Below are positions 56,082-64,000 of a stretch of 64,000 nt of DNA, in pieces (position 1 is the stretch's first letter; every line of letters begins with the position of its first letter). The stretch is from assembly GCA_015163855.1 (NCBI GenBank), contig JAAOIK010000043.1:3133-67132 (forward strand), given 5' to 3'. The DNA is from Pseudobdellovibrionaceae bacterium (lineage in GTDB: Bacteria > Bdellovibrionota > Bdellovibrionia > Bdellovibrionales > UBA1609). A program made the position numbers and the translations under genes. The notes beneath the pieces are model-generated. The model saw nothing but the letters and a program-made list of their open reading frames with translations. It searched no databases and had not been told where the DNA came from.

Positions 56082-57188
56082 TTAAGCGGCTTTTTTAAAT
56101 ACTTTCTTATACTTAAAAGGAATGCCTAAGTCCTTAATTTCTTTCATAAAAGAAGGCTCTTGCCCCGTAGGCTCAATTTGTCCTAAGATACGCCCCGCCT
56201 CATCTCTGCTAAAATCCTGTAGGGCGTAAAGCGGTTTTACATTATAGTCGCCATCATTGGTAAAACCTAACACCTCTGACACCTCTACTACCTTGCGTGA
56301 GCCATCAGCAAGCCTAGAAACTTGAACAACTAAGTCTATAGCTCCTGCAACTTGGTGCCGCAAGGCTTTCTCGCTAATTCTAGCGCCCGCTCCCTGAGCC
56401 AAAGCTTCTAGCCGAACCATTGCGTCGATTGCCGTATTGGCATGAACCGTTCCTAAACAACCTTTGTGGCCTGTGTTCATTGCTTGAATTAAATGAAAAG
56501 CTTCAGACCCTCTTACCTCACCTACAATAATTCTATCTGGTCTTAAGCGTAAGCTACTTCTTAATAAATCTTCAATACTAACCTCTCCATTTCCTTCTTC
56601 ATCTTTTACTCGTGTTTCAAAAAATACTACATGTTCGTAATCCACGCTCAACTCCGTAGAGTCTTCAATAACAATAATGCGCTGACCCTTTGGGATTCTT
56701 TCACACAACACACCCAATAAAGTGGTTTTTCCCGACCCCGTTCCACCGCTGACTAAAATATTTTTTCCAAGCTTCATAGCTACATCTAAAAATTGAGCCA
56801 CCTCTACGCTCATTGCCTTAAGCCCAATATAATCTTTAAGAGTCATGCTTGTGGAAAAAAATTTACGAATGGCCACCGTGGTTCCATTTCTTGCGCAGGG
56901 AGGAATCACCACATGAATGCGGTACCCGTTAGGCAATCGTGCATCTAAACAAGGCTCTTCGTCGTTAATTTTTCGCCCTACACTTTGAGCAATATTGTTT
57001 ACCGCCGCACGAAGAGAGTCTTCGTCAGAAAACTGTGAATCCGTCTCTACTATTTTACCAGATCTTTCGACCCAAATTTGTTTGTGCCCGTTAATCATAA
57101 TTTCGCTAACGCTTTCGTCCTCTAAAAGATGGGCGATGGGTGCTAGAAAATTTTTTAAACTGCTTTCAAAAATACTGTTATCAGACAT
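56082..57188 (-). CDS. CpaF/TadA-type (VirB11-related) secretion/pilus ATPase with no cognate Tad genes nearby
   Basis: VSEIMINGHKQIWVERSGK, Walker A SGGTGSGKTTLL, RLRPDRIIVGEVRGSEAFHLIQAMNTGHKGCLGTVHANTA. Confidence 0.85.
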   Translation of the reverse strand: MSDNSIFESSLKNFLAPIAHLLEDESVSEIMINGHKQIWVERSGKIVETDSQFSDEDSLRAAVNNIAQSVGRKINDEEPCLDARLPNGYRIHVVIPPCARNGTTVAIRKFFSTSMTLKDYIGLKAMSVEVAQFLDVAMKLGKNILVSGGTGSGKTTLLGVLCERIPKGQRIIVIEDSTELSVDYEHVVFFETRVKDEEGNGEVSIEDLLRSSLRLRPDRIIVGEVRGSEAFHLIQAMNTGHKGCLGTVHANTAIDAMVRLEALAQGAGARISEKALRHQVAGAIDLVVQVSRLADGSRKVVEVSEVLGFTNDGDYNVKPLYALQDFSRDEAGRILGQIEPTGQEPSFMKEIKDLGIPFKYKKVFKKAA

Positions 57189-57209
57189 TAAGCCTTCTTT
57201 TGTAAAAAA

Positions 57210-57500
57210 TTAATGAACAACGACTTGCTTGTTTTTATACTGCTCGCACTCTAACATTTCTAAACCTACTTCTATGGCTAAATACTTTAAAATTAAAGAG
57301 GGAAAAGCCTCTAGCGCGACCTTTAATTTTGTCGGGTCAGAGTCACAACTATTAACTATGTCTACGGCTTTATCACATTCCTTTCGATGACGCTTGGCCT
57401 TGTTTAAAAATAACTGCCAATCCATTTGCAATACCTCATCAATACAGCTCATAGAATCTAATGCGTTAAATAATAACTCCAAATTGCCTTGTAAATACAT
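57210..57500 (-). CDS. Small helical hypothetical protein (96 aa), first gene of the ATPase module
   Basis: ORF ends 21 nt before the ATPase start. No recognisable motif, so its coding status is moderately uncertain. Confidence 0.4.
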   Translation of the reverse strand: MYLQGNLELLFNALDSMSCIDEVLQMDWQLFLNKAKRHRKECDKAVDIVNSCDSDPTKLKVALEAFPSLILKYLAIEVGLEMLECEQYKNKQVVVH

Positions 57501-57606
57501 ACATCTCCCTAGATGTAAGCTCTATCGGCAAGTTTTTATCAAAACAGAACTGCTCTTTAAAAAAAACTGTCTCAAAATGAACAGGAACAATCCCACTTTT
57601 TACTTT

Positions 57607-57622
57607 TGGTACCTTTCTTGCA
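57607..57622 (+). promoter_or_regulatory. Sigma-54-like -24/-12 promoter element upstream of the 1053-aa ORF
   Basis: TGGTAC-CTTTC-TTGCA versus the consensus TGGCAC-N5-TTGCW. GG-N10-GC spacing is correct. It ends 66 nt before the ATG at 57689. Confidence 0.4.
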
Positions 57623-57623
57623 G

Positions 57624-57655
57624 ATTAACGCATTAACGCATTAATGTATTAATAC
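57624..57655. repeat. Four tandem 8-mers ATTAACGC ATTAACGC ATTAATGT ATTAATAC (contains the palindrome CATTAATG)
   Basis: Read directly. It starts 2 nt after the -12 element and spans the predicted transcription start region. Confidence 0.8.
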
Positions 57656-57688
57656 AAAACTGTATAGCTAACTGTTTTTAAGGAGCCT

Positions 57689-60600
57689 ATGTTTTCACTA
57701 TTCACTATGTCAAATAAGAAGAACCTGCTTATATTTTGGTGTATTAGCCTATTTTTTATATCTTCTGCAATGGCTCTTGCCGACCGCACAATGGCCCCTA
57801 CTGACCGCGGTAATTGGCAATCTAGTGACCAAAAAATTGACAAAAAACAAGAGTTTTACTCTCACCTTTGTCAGTTACAAGTTTATATGCTCGACCCCTC
57901 ATACCAAAAAACCATTAAGAAAAAATATGCAACCACCGTGCTTTTTTCAAAAGCCTTGTTGAAACAATATAACCCTTTGGCAACCGCCGACTATACTGTG
58001 CAAAGCCTGTTAGACAGGTCTATGGTGCTATCTCCATTTTCGATTTCTAATTCGGCAAATGTTTTTAAAAAAGAATTAGAAGCTTATAGTGTTGCACAAC
58101 TATCTAGCCATATAAACCGCTTTGCACAATTTTTAAAACACCCCGTTAAAAACCAAGCATTAAACTCTTGTCTAAATAAGCAGTACCCGAAAATAAATAT
58201 ACAAACACCACTTGCATCTATAGGTAAGCGACAAAAGCTATTAACGCAGTTAAGAAACACTGCTCTTTTGTATCAAAAATGGATTAAAAACAGTAAAAAA
58301 CAAAATTCTTATACTAAGCTGTCCAACGCTGTTGAAAAAATTCATAACGATATTGCCAACAAACCTTTGCATAGTGTTTTAATTAATTTTCAATCTAAGT
58401 GGTCTGTAAAACTAAAGCATTCTCTACTGCCCCAACTAACTTCTTTGGGGCAATCTTTAATTGCCAATTCATCAAGCTTTACAAAAAAAACTCATAAATT
58501 ATTAGACAAAAAACTACACTCCTCTATTGCCAGCTTACAAAAACTAACAAAAAAGGTTTGTCAAAAAAAAGTGACTAACTTGCATCACGATGTATTTGCT
58601 GTGGAAGAGGCTGTTTTAAAACACAGCTCTAAAGTTACCTTTCCCCTTCCTGTAATTTCTGAAGATTTAGCTGCATACTGCTACTTAAATCAAAAGCACC
58701 CCAAAAAAAAAATAGGTTCTAGTTGGAAATCTGATACCGGGCTAGGAATCTTTGGAGTCGCCTTTATTGCTCGTATTTTTAATTGGATTGGAAAAAAAAC
58801 ACTTATAGCCTCAAGTCTTACCAGTACTGCGCTGTTTTCTGCAGACACTTATAATAATTGGAAAATTAATTCCTCTCAAAAAACACTATATGATATACAA
58901 AAATATCACTCTATAACTAGTGCAAAAACTTTAAAAACTTTAAAAAAAGATCAAGACTTAGTACACCTAGATTCTGGCTTGTTGCTTTTACCCTCTTTAG
59001 TATCAAAAATAACTAACTTTGTTCAAGCTAGAAAAATACAAAGGCTTTCTTCTTTGTTTAAACAAAATTCCGCAAAGACTACTAATTATTTTTTAAAAAC
59101 ATATATAAACAGCCCCTCCAAGTGGTGGCCTTATTATAACTCTTTAATTAAAAATTTAAAAATTAAAGAACTTAAACAATTTTTTTGGGCAAAGCATGAT
59201 CGCCTAAAACCTTTAAGAGTTAGTAAGTCCTATGCCATTAGAAAAAAGGCCAGCGAGTTTTTTTCTAGAATTAATCAAAATTATATAGCTCCTGCCCGAT
59301 ATTTAACCGATAAAGATTTTGTAAAAACTTTGATCTTCTTAAAAAACGGCAAAGGGGCAATTGCTTCTGCAGAGACAAAGGCAGGCTTACAATATATACA
59401 AAAATTACTTAAAAAAACACATCTTTATACAGTAAATGTAAATAAAATAATAACTCAGTCCATAGAGGCCACTGCACAATTAAAAAAATTGAAATCCCTG
59501 CGTATTAAACCTAAGTACTTTGCCAACAATAAAAAGGTAACAATTAACAGTTGGCCTATTGCAAAAAATGGCGAGATGGTAAAAGTGAAAACATTTACAT
59601 TTAATTCTTACAATGAATACAAATCGTTTTTTGCAGAGTTAAAAATAAAATCCAATTACCTGCCTACGCGAGCTATTGATGATTTATTACAAAAAAAACG
59701 GCTTTATGCAGAGCAGTTAAAGCAGGGAAGTAATATTAGAAGGCTACAAATTATAACTGATAAATTACAATTACTGCAAAAAACACAAAAATTAAACGCT
59801 TCTCAATTAAAAATATTAGCGTCTGTAAAAAGTGCATTAAAAAATGCAAACATCTACCCTCCCAACAGAGCTTTTAAAAAGATTTTTTTAAAAGAGCTAA
59901 GTGCAGAAGTGCATTATTTAAAACAAGGCATACAAAACAGAAAAGCTTTTGTAAAAAAAGCCTATTCCAGCTTTCCTGAAAAAAATGTTGAAGCCCTATA
60001 CGCAACCACTTCTTTTTTAACCAATCATTTAAAGCAAGTTGTATGGACTGGTGTAAGTATCGCCGTGGTGGGCGGAACTGCTAAAGGTGTGCAGAAATTT
60101 GGTTTGGATTATATTATAGCTCAATTTCAAGATAAAATGCGCCGCATTGATAGAATATTTACTTCTTCCGGTTACACCGGCGAGGAAAAAGATTGTGCAC
60201 TTAATTCAGAAAGCTTTAAAAAATTTATGCTTTGCTATAATAAATTAATTAAACAAGAGGTAAAAGTCGACATTTTAAGACTAAGAAATTTTGAATTTTT
60301 GCAAGACAAAGACATAGATGAAAAAGATACTCAGGAATACCGGTTGAAATTATACTCTTCTATTAAGAAAAAATTGCAAAAATATACCTATGGGTTATTG
60401 TCACTGCGATCTCAATTTAGCACACAAGAGCTTTTTTATAACTCGCAAATACAAATAAACAATGCTTTAAGTGAGCAGTTTATTTACCAAGTGCTAAAAA
60501 GTATTAAAAAACATTTGGGAGAAAAAAGTTTTCAGTATGCAAAATCCATTTTAACTACGAACGCAGAAAGAAAAGCCTCTTTTAAACAAATTACTAACCT

Positions 60601-60850
60601 TAGTAAAATAGTTGATACTGGTGCTACAAATATTATCTTGCTGCAAAATATCCTTTACCAAGTTTACAGTAATCAAAAAAAATATAGTTTGTACTTTAAA
60701 AATACAGGACAATTACCTATAGAGTTACGAGCCTTAATAAAAAATAAAGATCTTATTGAATTACAAGAATTAAATGAGTCTGAAAAATTTAATATTCTTT
60801 CTGGCGGATTGTTAGAAAATGTAGACTTTTTGCAAAACCTAGTGTTTTAA
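57689..60850 (+). CDS. Large (1053 aa) Lys-rich hypothetical secreted/membrane protein
   Basis: Perfect AAGGAG RBS 6 nt before the ATG. Signal-like N-terminus (LLIFWCISLFFISSAMALA). Internal hydrophobic segments (GLGIFGVAFIARIF, VVWTGVSIAVVGG). Otherwise predicted helical, with no motif I recognise. Confidence 0.6.
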   Translation: MFSLFTMSNKKNLLIFWCISLFFISSAMALADRTMAPTDRGNWQSSDQKIDKKQEFYSHLCQLQVYMLDPSYQKTIKKKYATTVLFSKALLKQYNPLATADYTVQSLLDRSMVLSPFSISNSANVFKKELEAYSVAQLSSHINRFAQFLKHPVKNQALNSCLNKQYPKINIQTPLASIGKRQKLLTQLRNTALLYQKWIKNSKKQNSYTKLSNAVEKIHNDIANKPLHSVLINFQSKWSVKLKHSLLPQLTSLGQSLIANSSSFTKKTHKLLDKKLHSSIASLQKLTKKVCQKKVTNLHHDVFAVEEAVLKHSSKVTFPLPVISEDLAAYCYLNQKHPKKKIGSSWKSDTGLGIFGVAFIARIFNWIGKKTLIASSLTSTALFSADTYNNWKINSSQKTLYDIQKYHSITSAKTLKTLKKDQDLVHLDSGLLLLPSLVSKITNFVQARKIQRLSSLFKQNSAKTTNYFLKTYINSPSKWWPYYNSLIKNLKIKELKQFFWAKHDRLKPLRVSKSYAIRKKASEFFSRINQNYIAPARYLTDKDFVKTLIFLKNGKGAIASAETKAGLQYIQKLLKKTHLYTVNVNKIITQSIEATAQLKKLKSLRIKPKYFANNKKVTINSWPIAKNGEMVKVKTFTFNSYNEYKSFFAELKIKSNYLPTRAIDDLLQKKRLYAEQLKQGSNIRRLQIITDKLQLLQKTQKLNASQLKILASVKSALKNANIYPPNRAFKKIFLKELSAEVHYLKQGIQNRKAFVKKAYSSFPEKNVEALYATTSFLTNHLKQVVWTGVSIAVVGGTAKGVQKFGLDYIIAQFQDKMRRIDRIFTSSGYTGEEKDCALNSESFKKFMLCYNKLIKQEVKVDILRLRNFEFLQDKDIDEKDTQEYRLKLYSSIKKKLQKYTYGLLSLRSQFSTQELFYNSQIQINNALSEQFIYQVLKSIKKHLGEKSFQYAKSILTTNAERKASFKQITNLSKIVDTGATNIILLQNILYQVYSNQKKYSLYFKNTGQLPIELRALIKNKDLIELQELNESEKFNILSGGLLENVDFLQNLVF

Positions 60851-60857
60851 TCAATTT

Positions 60858-61847
60858 ATGGATTTATTAAAGGCCCTACATAAAAACCCCTTTGTGTTGG
60901 CTCCTATGGCGGGCATTACCGACGCTCCTTTTCGCTCTTTTATGAAAGAAATGGGCTGTGGCATAATGACCACAGAGTTAATCTCGGCCACGGGCCTTAA
61001 ATTTAACAGCGAAAAAACCAAAAAACTAATGGCTTTCAGCCAAGATCAACAACCCGTAGGGGTTCAGTTGTTTGGAACCGATTTAAAAGATTTAGAATAC
61101 GCCTCTAAATATATAGAAGACCAAGGGGCCAGCTTTATTGACATAAATCTTGGCTGCCCCGTTAACAAAGTAGTAAAAAAGGGTGCAGGGTCTGCCTTGT
61201 TAAAAGATTTAAAAACACTTTCTGGTATTTTTTCTTGTATAAAAAAAGCGGTTAACATACCAGTAACTGCAAAAATCAGAACCGGCTGGGACTCTCAAAG
61301 TAGAAATTCTTTAGAGGTGGCCACCCTCGCCTATAATGAAGGCTTAACTTGGGTGAGCATACATGGTCGCACAAGGGCTCAAGGCTACAGTGGTCTTGCC
61401 GACTGGGAGTATATTAAATCCGTAAAAAAAGACAGCCCCATACCTATTATTGGTAACGGTGACATTCACACCTACCAAGATGCAATTAATTATTTAAACA
61501 CTTCCCAGTGCGATGCTGTAATGATTGGCCGTGGCTGCTTAAAAAATCCTTGGATATTTTTAGAGGCCAGCAAAAAACAAACGCTTACTCGAAATTTTTC
61601 GCAACTATTTAAAACGCTCGCCAAACACTTTGAACAATACGAAGAACGCATACAACTATTACAAATAAAAAAATTATCCGCTTGGTATTCGGCAGGATAT
61701 AGAAATTCTACAGAATTTAGAAAAGAAATTTTTCAAATAAAAGAAAAACAAAATTTACTTAATGCCGTAGAACAATTTTTTATAAATATGCACGAGGCAC
61801 CCAAAGACACAAGAAATGAAAACTTTTTGATGGGTGGTCATGGCTAA
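60858..61847 (+). CDS. dus: tRNA-dihydrouridine synthase (Dus family)
   Basis: LAPMAGITDAPFR, DINLGCP, HGRTRAQGYSG, VMIGRG. Confidence 0.9.
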   Translation: MDLLKALHKNPFVLAPMAGITDAPFRSFMKEMGCGIMTTELISATGLKFNSEKTKKLMAFSQDQQPVGVQLFGTDLKDLEYASKYIEDQGASFIDINLGCPVNKVVKKGAGSALLKDLKTLSGIFSCIKKAVNIPVTAKIRTGWDSQSRNSLEVATLAYNEGLTWVSIHGRTRAQGYSGLADWEYIKSVKKDSPIPIIGNGDIHTYQDAINYLNTSQCDAVMIGRGCLKNPWIFLEASKKQTLTRNFSQLFKTLAKHFEQYEERIQLLQIKKLSAWYSAGYRNSTEFRKEIFQIKEKQNLLNAVEQFFINMHEAPKDTRNENFLMGGHG

Positions 61848-61858
61848 AAAAATCTTTA

Positions 61859-62848
61859 CTAAATAAATTTATTTTTTTTTGACCACAATACGCTTTTAAC
61901 AATAGCCTCTTTGGCTAAGCCTGGAGTAAAATTTAATTCTTTTTGAGCCTTAGTAGAATCAAACCAGTGGTATAGGCTGGCGACTTTTACCTTTTCTAAA
62001 GTAAATGGAAAGGAGATTTTAATATAAGACAATATATCGCCAATAAACCCTAAGATATAAAATAAAAACTGAGGTACTTTTAAAAAGGGGCTTTGCACAT
62101 TAGCTGCTTTAGAAATGCTTTGTAATAAGTGTTGTATCTCTATGTTTTCGCCAGACAAAATATAACGCTCACCTATTTTACCTAAAGTTGTAGAATTAAT
62201 AATAGCTTGTACCACATTTTCCACACCAACTACACTAACCCCTCCCTGGGTATAAAAAGGTAATTTTCCTTTAGCCGCTAGTTTTTGTAATTTTCGACTA
62301 TCCTTTTTTACATCCCCTTCGCCATATACTGTAGAGGGGTTTAGTATTACCGCCGGTAGATTTTCGTTCTGTACAGCAAAGCGCACTAATTCTTCTGCTC
62401 GTTTTTTAGTATCAAAATACGAAAGCTTGTTTAACTTGTCCTCATAAACACTATCTTCATTTAAAATTTCTTTATTAGCACTAGCCCCCACAGCTACCAC
62501 CGAACTAACATAAATTAATCGCTTTATAGAATGCCTTAAACACGCTTGAATAACATGCCTTGTGCCTTCTACATTAATTTTTTCCATTAAAGCTTTGTCT
62601 TTATGACTAGAAGAAATTAAACCAGCAAGATGAAAAACATAATCTTTTCCTTGTATCGCTTTATCTAAACTACTGGGGTCGGTTACATCGCCTTGCACAT
62701 AAGTTACAGAAGAACCTAAAGACAAAAAAGCCTCTAAATTACTAGAGGCTCTGTGTAAAATACAAACTAAATAATTTTTTTTAACAAGAGCTTTAACTAA
62801 ATGAGTTCCTATAAACCCCGTAGCTCCTGTTACTAAAATTTTTTGCAT
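61859..62848 (-). CDS. NAD(P)-dependent epimerase/dehydratase-family SDR
   Basis: VTGATGFIGTHLV Rossmann motif, catalytic YFDTK (YxxxK), ~329 aa. Confidence 0.8.
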   Translation of the reverse strand: MQKILVTGATGFIGTHLVKALVKKNYLVCILHRASSNLEAFLSLGSSVTYVQGDVTDPSSLDKAIQGKDYVFHLAGLISSSHKDKALMEKINVEGTRHVIQACLRHSIKRLIYVSSVVAVGASANKEILNEDSVYEDKLNKLSYFDTKKRAEELVRFAVQNENLPAVILNPSTVYGEGDVKKDSRKLQKLAAKGKLPFYTQGGVSVVGVENVVQAIINSTTLGKIGERYILSGENIEIQHLLQSISKAANVQSPFLKVPQFLFYILGFIGDILSYIKISFPFTLEKVKVASLYHWFDSTKAQKELNFTPGLAKEAIVKSVLWSKKNKFI

Positions 62849-62857
62849 ATAAAAATA

Positions 62858-63517
62858 CTATTCTCTAACAATTTTTACGCTTTTCATTTTTATTTCTTCT
62901 AAAGGGCGATCTTGAGCACCTACAGGTGTGGATCCAATGGCCTTAACCACATCTAAACCTTCAACCACTTCGCCAAACACTGTGTGTCTGTCATCTAAAT
63001 GAGGAGTTGGCGCTAAAGTAATAAAAAACTGACTGCCATTGGTTCCTGGCCCTGCATTGGCCATAGAAAGTATTCCTACTTTACTATGTCGTAATTCTGG
63101 GTGAAATTCATCAGCAAATTGGTAGCCTGGGCCTCCCATTCCTGTTCCCGTAGGGTCTCCTGTTTGAATCATAAAATTATCAATTACCCGATGAAAAATA
63201 ATGCCATCGTAGTAAGACCCTTTCTTTTTTTCTTGAGTTTTAACATCTGTAAATTCTTTTTTTCCCTCGGCTAGTTCAACAAAGTTAGCTACCGTTTTTG
63301 GCGCTCGCTTGTTAAATAATTTAATTTTAATAGCTCCTTTATCTGCACCGGCTTGAGTTACATTAATGATTGCGTACATACTGCCCCCTGTTGTTGTTTT
63401 AACTTCCTCTTGTTCTGATCCTCTTCTCTGGTTTTGCTTTGTTGTGGCATACCACATTGCTGCTACTAAAATTACCAAAGGTATAATCAGTAATTTAAAA
63501 AATTTTTTACCGTTCAT
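62858..63517 (-). CDS. Cyclophilin-type peptidyl-prolyl isomerase with an N-terminal membrane anchor/signal
   Basis: [43 protein letters not shown]. Confidence 0.9.
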   Translation of the reverse strand: MNGKKFFKLLIIPLVILVAAMWYATTKQNQRRGSEQEEVKTTTGGSMYAIINVTQAGADKGAIKIKLFNKRAPKTVANFVELAEGKKEFTDVKTQEKKKGSYYDGIIFHRVIDNFMIQTGDPTGTGMGGPGYQFADEFHPELRHSKVGILSMANAGPGTNGSQFFITLAPTPHLDDRHTVFGEVVEGLDVVKAIGSTPVGAQDRPLEEIKMKSVKIVRE

Positions 63518-63589
63518 TTCTACTCCTTGTTATTTATTGTTATTCATAATTTTAATAAAGAAGTCTACTAATTAATAATAACTTTTTAT

Positions 63590-64000
63590 CTAACGCGACC
63601 ACTTTGGTCTTTCATAAGACCCTGCCCCCGAGGTAATAGCCCTTAAGCCTCCCCCGTCGCTGGCTCTCATAATATATAAGTGCTTAAAGCCCGTTTTATC
63701 ACTAGAAAAAACCACCATCTGACCATCGGGCGAAAAAGAAGGGTCTTCGTTATTGGCCCACCTTCCTCCTTTAGCTCTTATAGAAGTTAAACGCTTTAAT
63801 TTGTTTCCATCCTTAGAGATACTAAAAATATCATAATGACCCTTGCTATAACCTGCAAAAACTATCGTCTTACTGTCGGGCGACCAGCTGGGTGAAGAGT
63901 TGTAACGACCTGCAAAAGTTAAACGCTTCGATTTTTTGTTTTTTAAATTCATAACATACAACATCTCTCGGCCCACTTTATTAGACGAATAGGCTAACCA
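63590..64000 (-). CDS. tolB: TolB C-terminal beta-propeller region; 5' part lies beyond the window end
   Basis: Repeated SPSWSPDSKTIVFA / PSFSPDGQMVVFSS blades. The reading frame stays open to position 64000 (LAYSSNKVGRE...). Confidence 0.8.
   Translation of the reverse strand, partial: WLAYSSNKVGREMLYVMNLKNKKSKRLTFAGRYNSSPSWSPDSKTIVFAGYSKGHYDIFSISKDGNKLKRLTSIRAKGGRWANNEDPSFSPDGQMVVFSSDKTGFKHLYIMRASDGGGLRAITSGAGSYERPKWSR

Overview
This is an AT-rich, very gene-dense chromosomal segment from a diderm (Gram-negative) bacterium. I count about 58 protein genes and 2 tRNAs. I saw no rRNA, CRISPR array, transposase, integrase or phage genes. Positions 1-31507 are an unbroken minus-strand run. It holds an AapJQMP-type amino-acid ABC importer, rmuC, a GHMP kinase and a DUF4340/GldG-like/ABC-2/ABC-ATPase set. 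It continues with an NFACT/DUF814 protein, pilR-pilS-pilC-pilT-pilB (Myxococcus/Bdellovibrio-like order, no pilin gene) and an FMN-adenylyltransferase-only ribF. It ends with tsaC, lpxK-lpxB-lpxA-fabZ-skp-bamA, lolD-lolC/E, prfB (classical +1 frameshift) and ybeY. The rest is mostly housekeeping: mazG, murJ, rpsT, holA, lptE-like, purA, tRNA-Lys/tRNA-Glu, folA-ileS-lspA, aroA-aroB, ung, a dapF-like gene, polA, ftsB-like, eno, dus, a cyclophilin and partial tolB. I do not see a clear-cut new multi-gene system such as a defence island. The best leads are listed here. (1) Two long perfect hairpins 50 kb apart (716-825 and 50594-50683) share a ~50-nt apical module but have unrelated outer arms, and one arm is an inverted copy of a gene's 3' end. 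(2) An accessory-looking locus at 55.2-60.9 kb has an orphan CpaF/TadA-type ATPase flanked by two unknown proteins. It sits divergent from a 1053-aa unknown membrane/secreted protein whose upstream region carries a sigma-54-like -24/-12 motif and four tandem 8-mers. (3) The pil cluster lacks a pilin gene and is followed by DUF814 plus ABC genes. (4) A Shine-Dalgarno-sequestering hairpin lies directly upstream of pilB. All protein calls rest on motif recognition by eye. No searches, folding or statistics were run.
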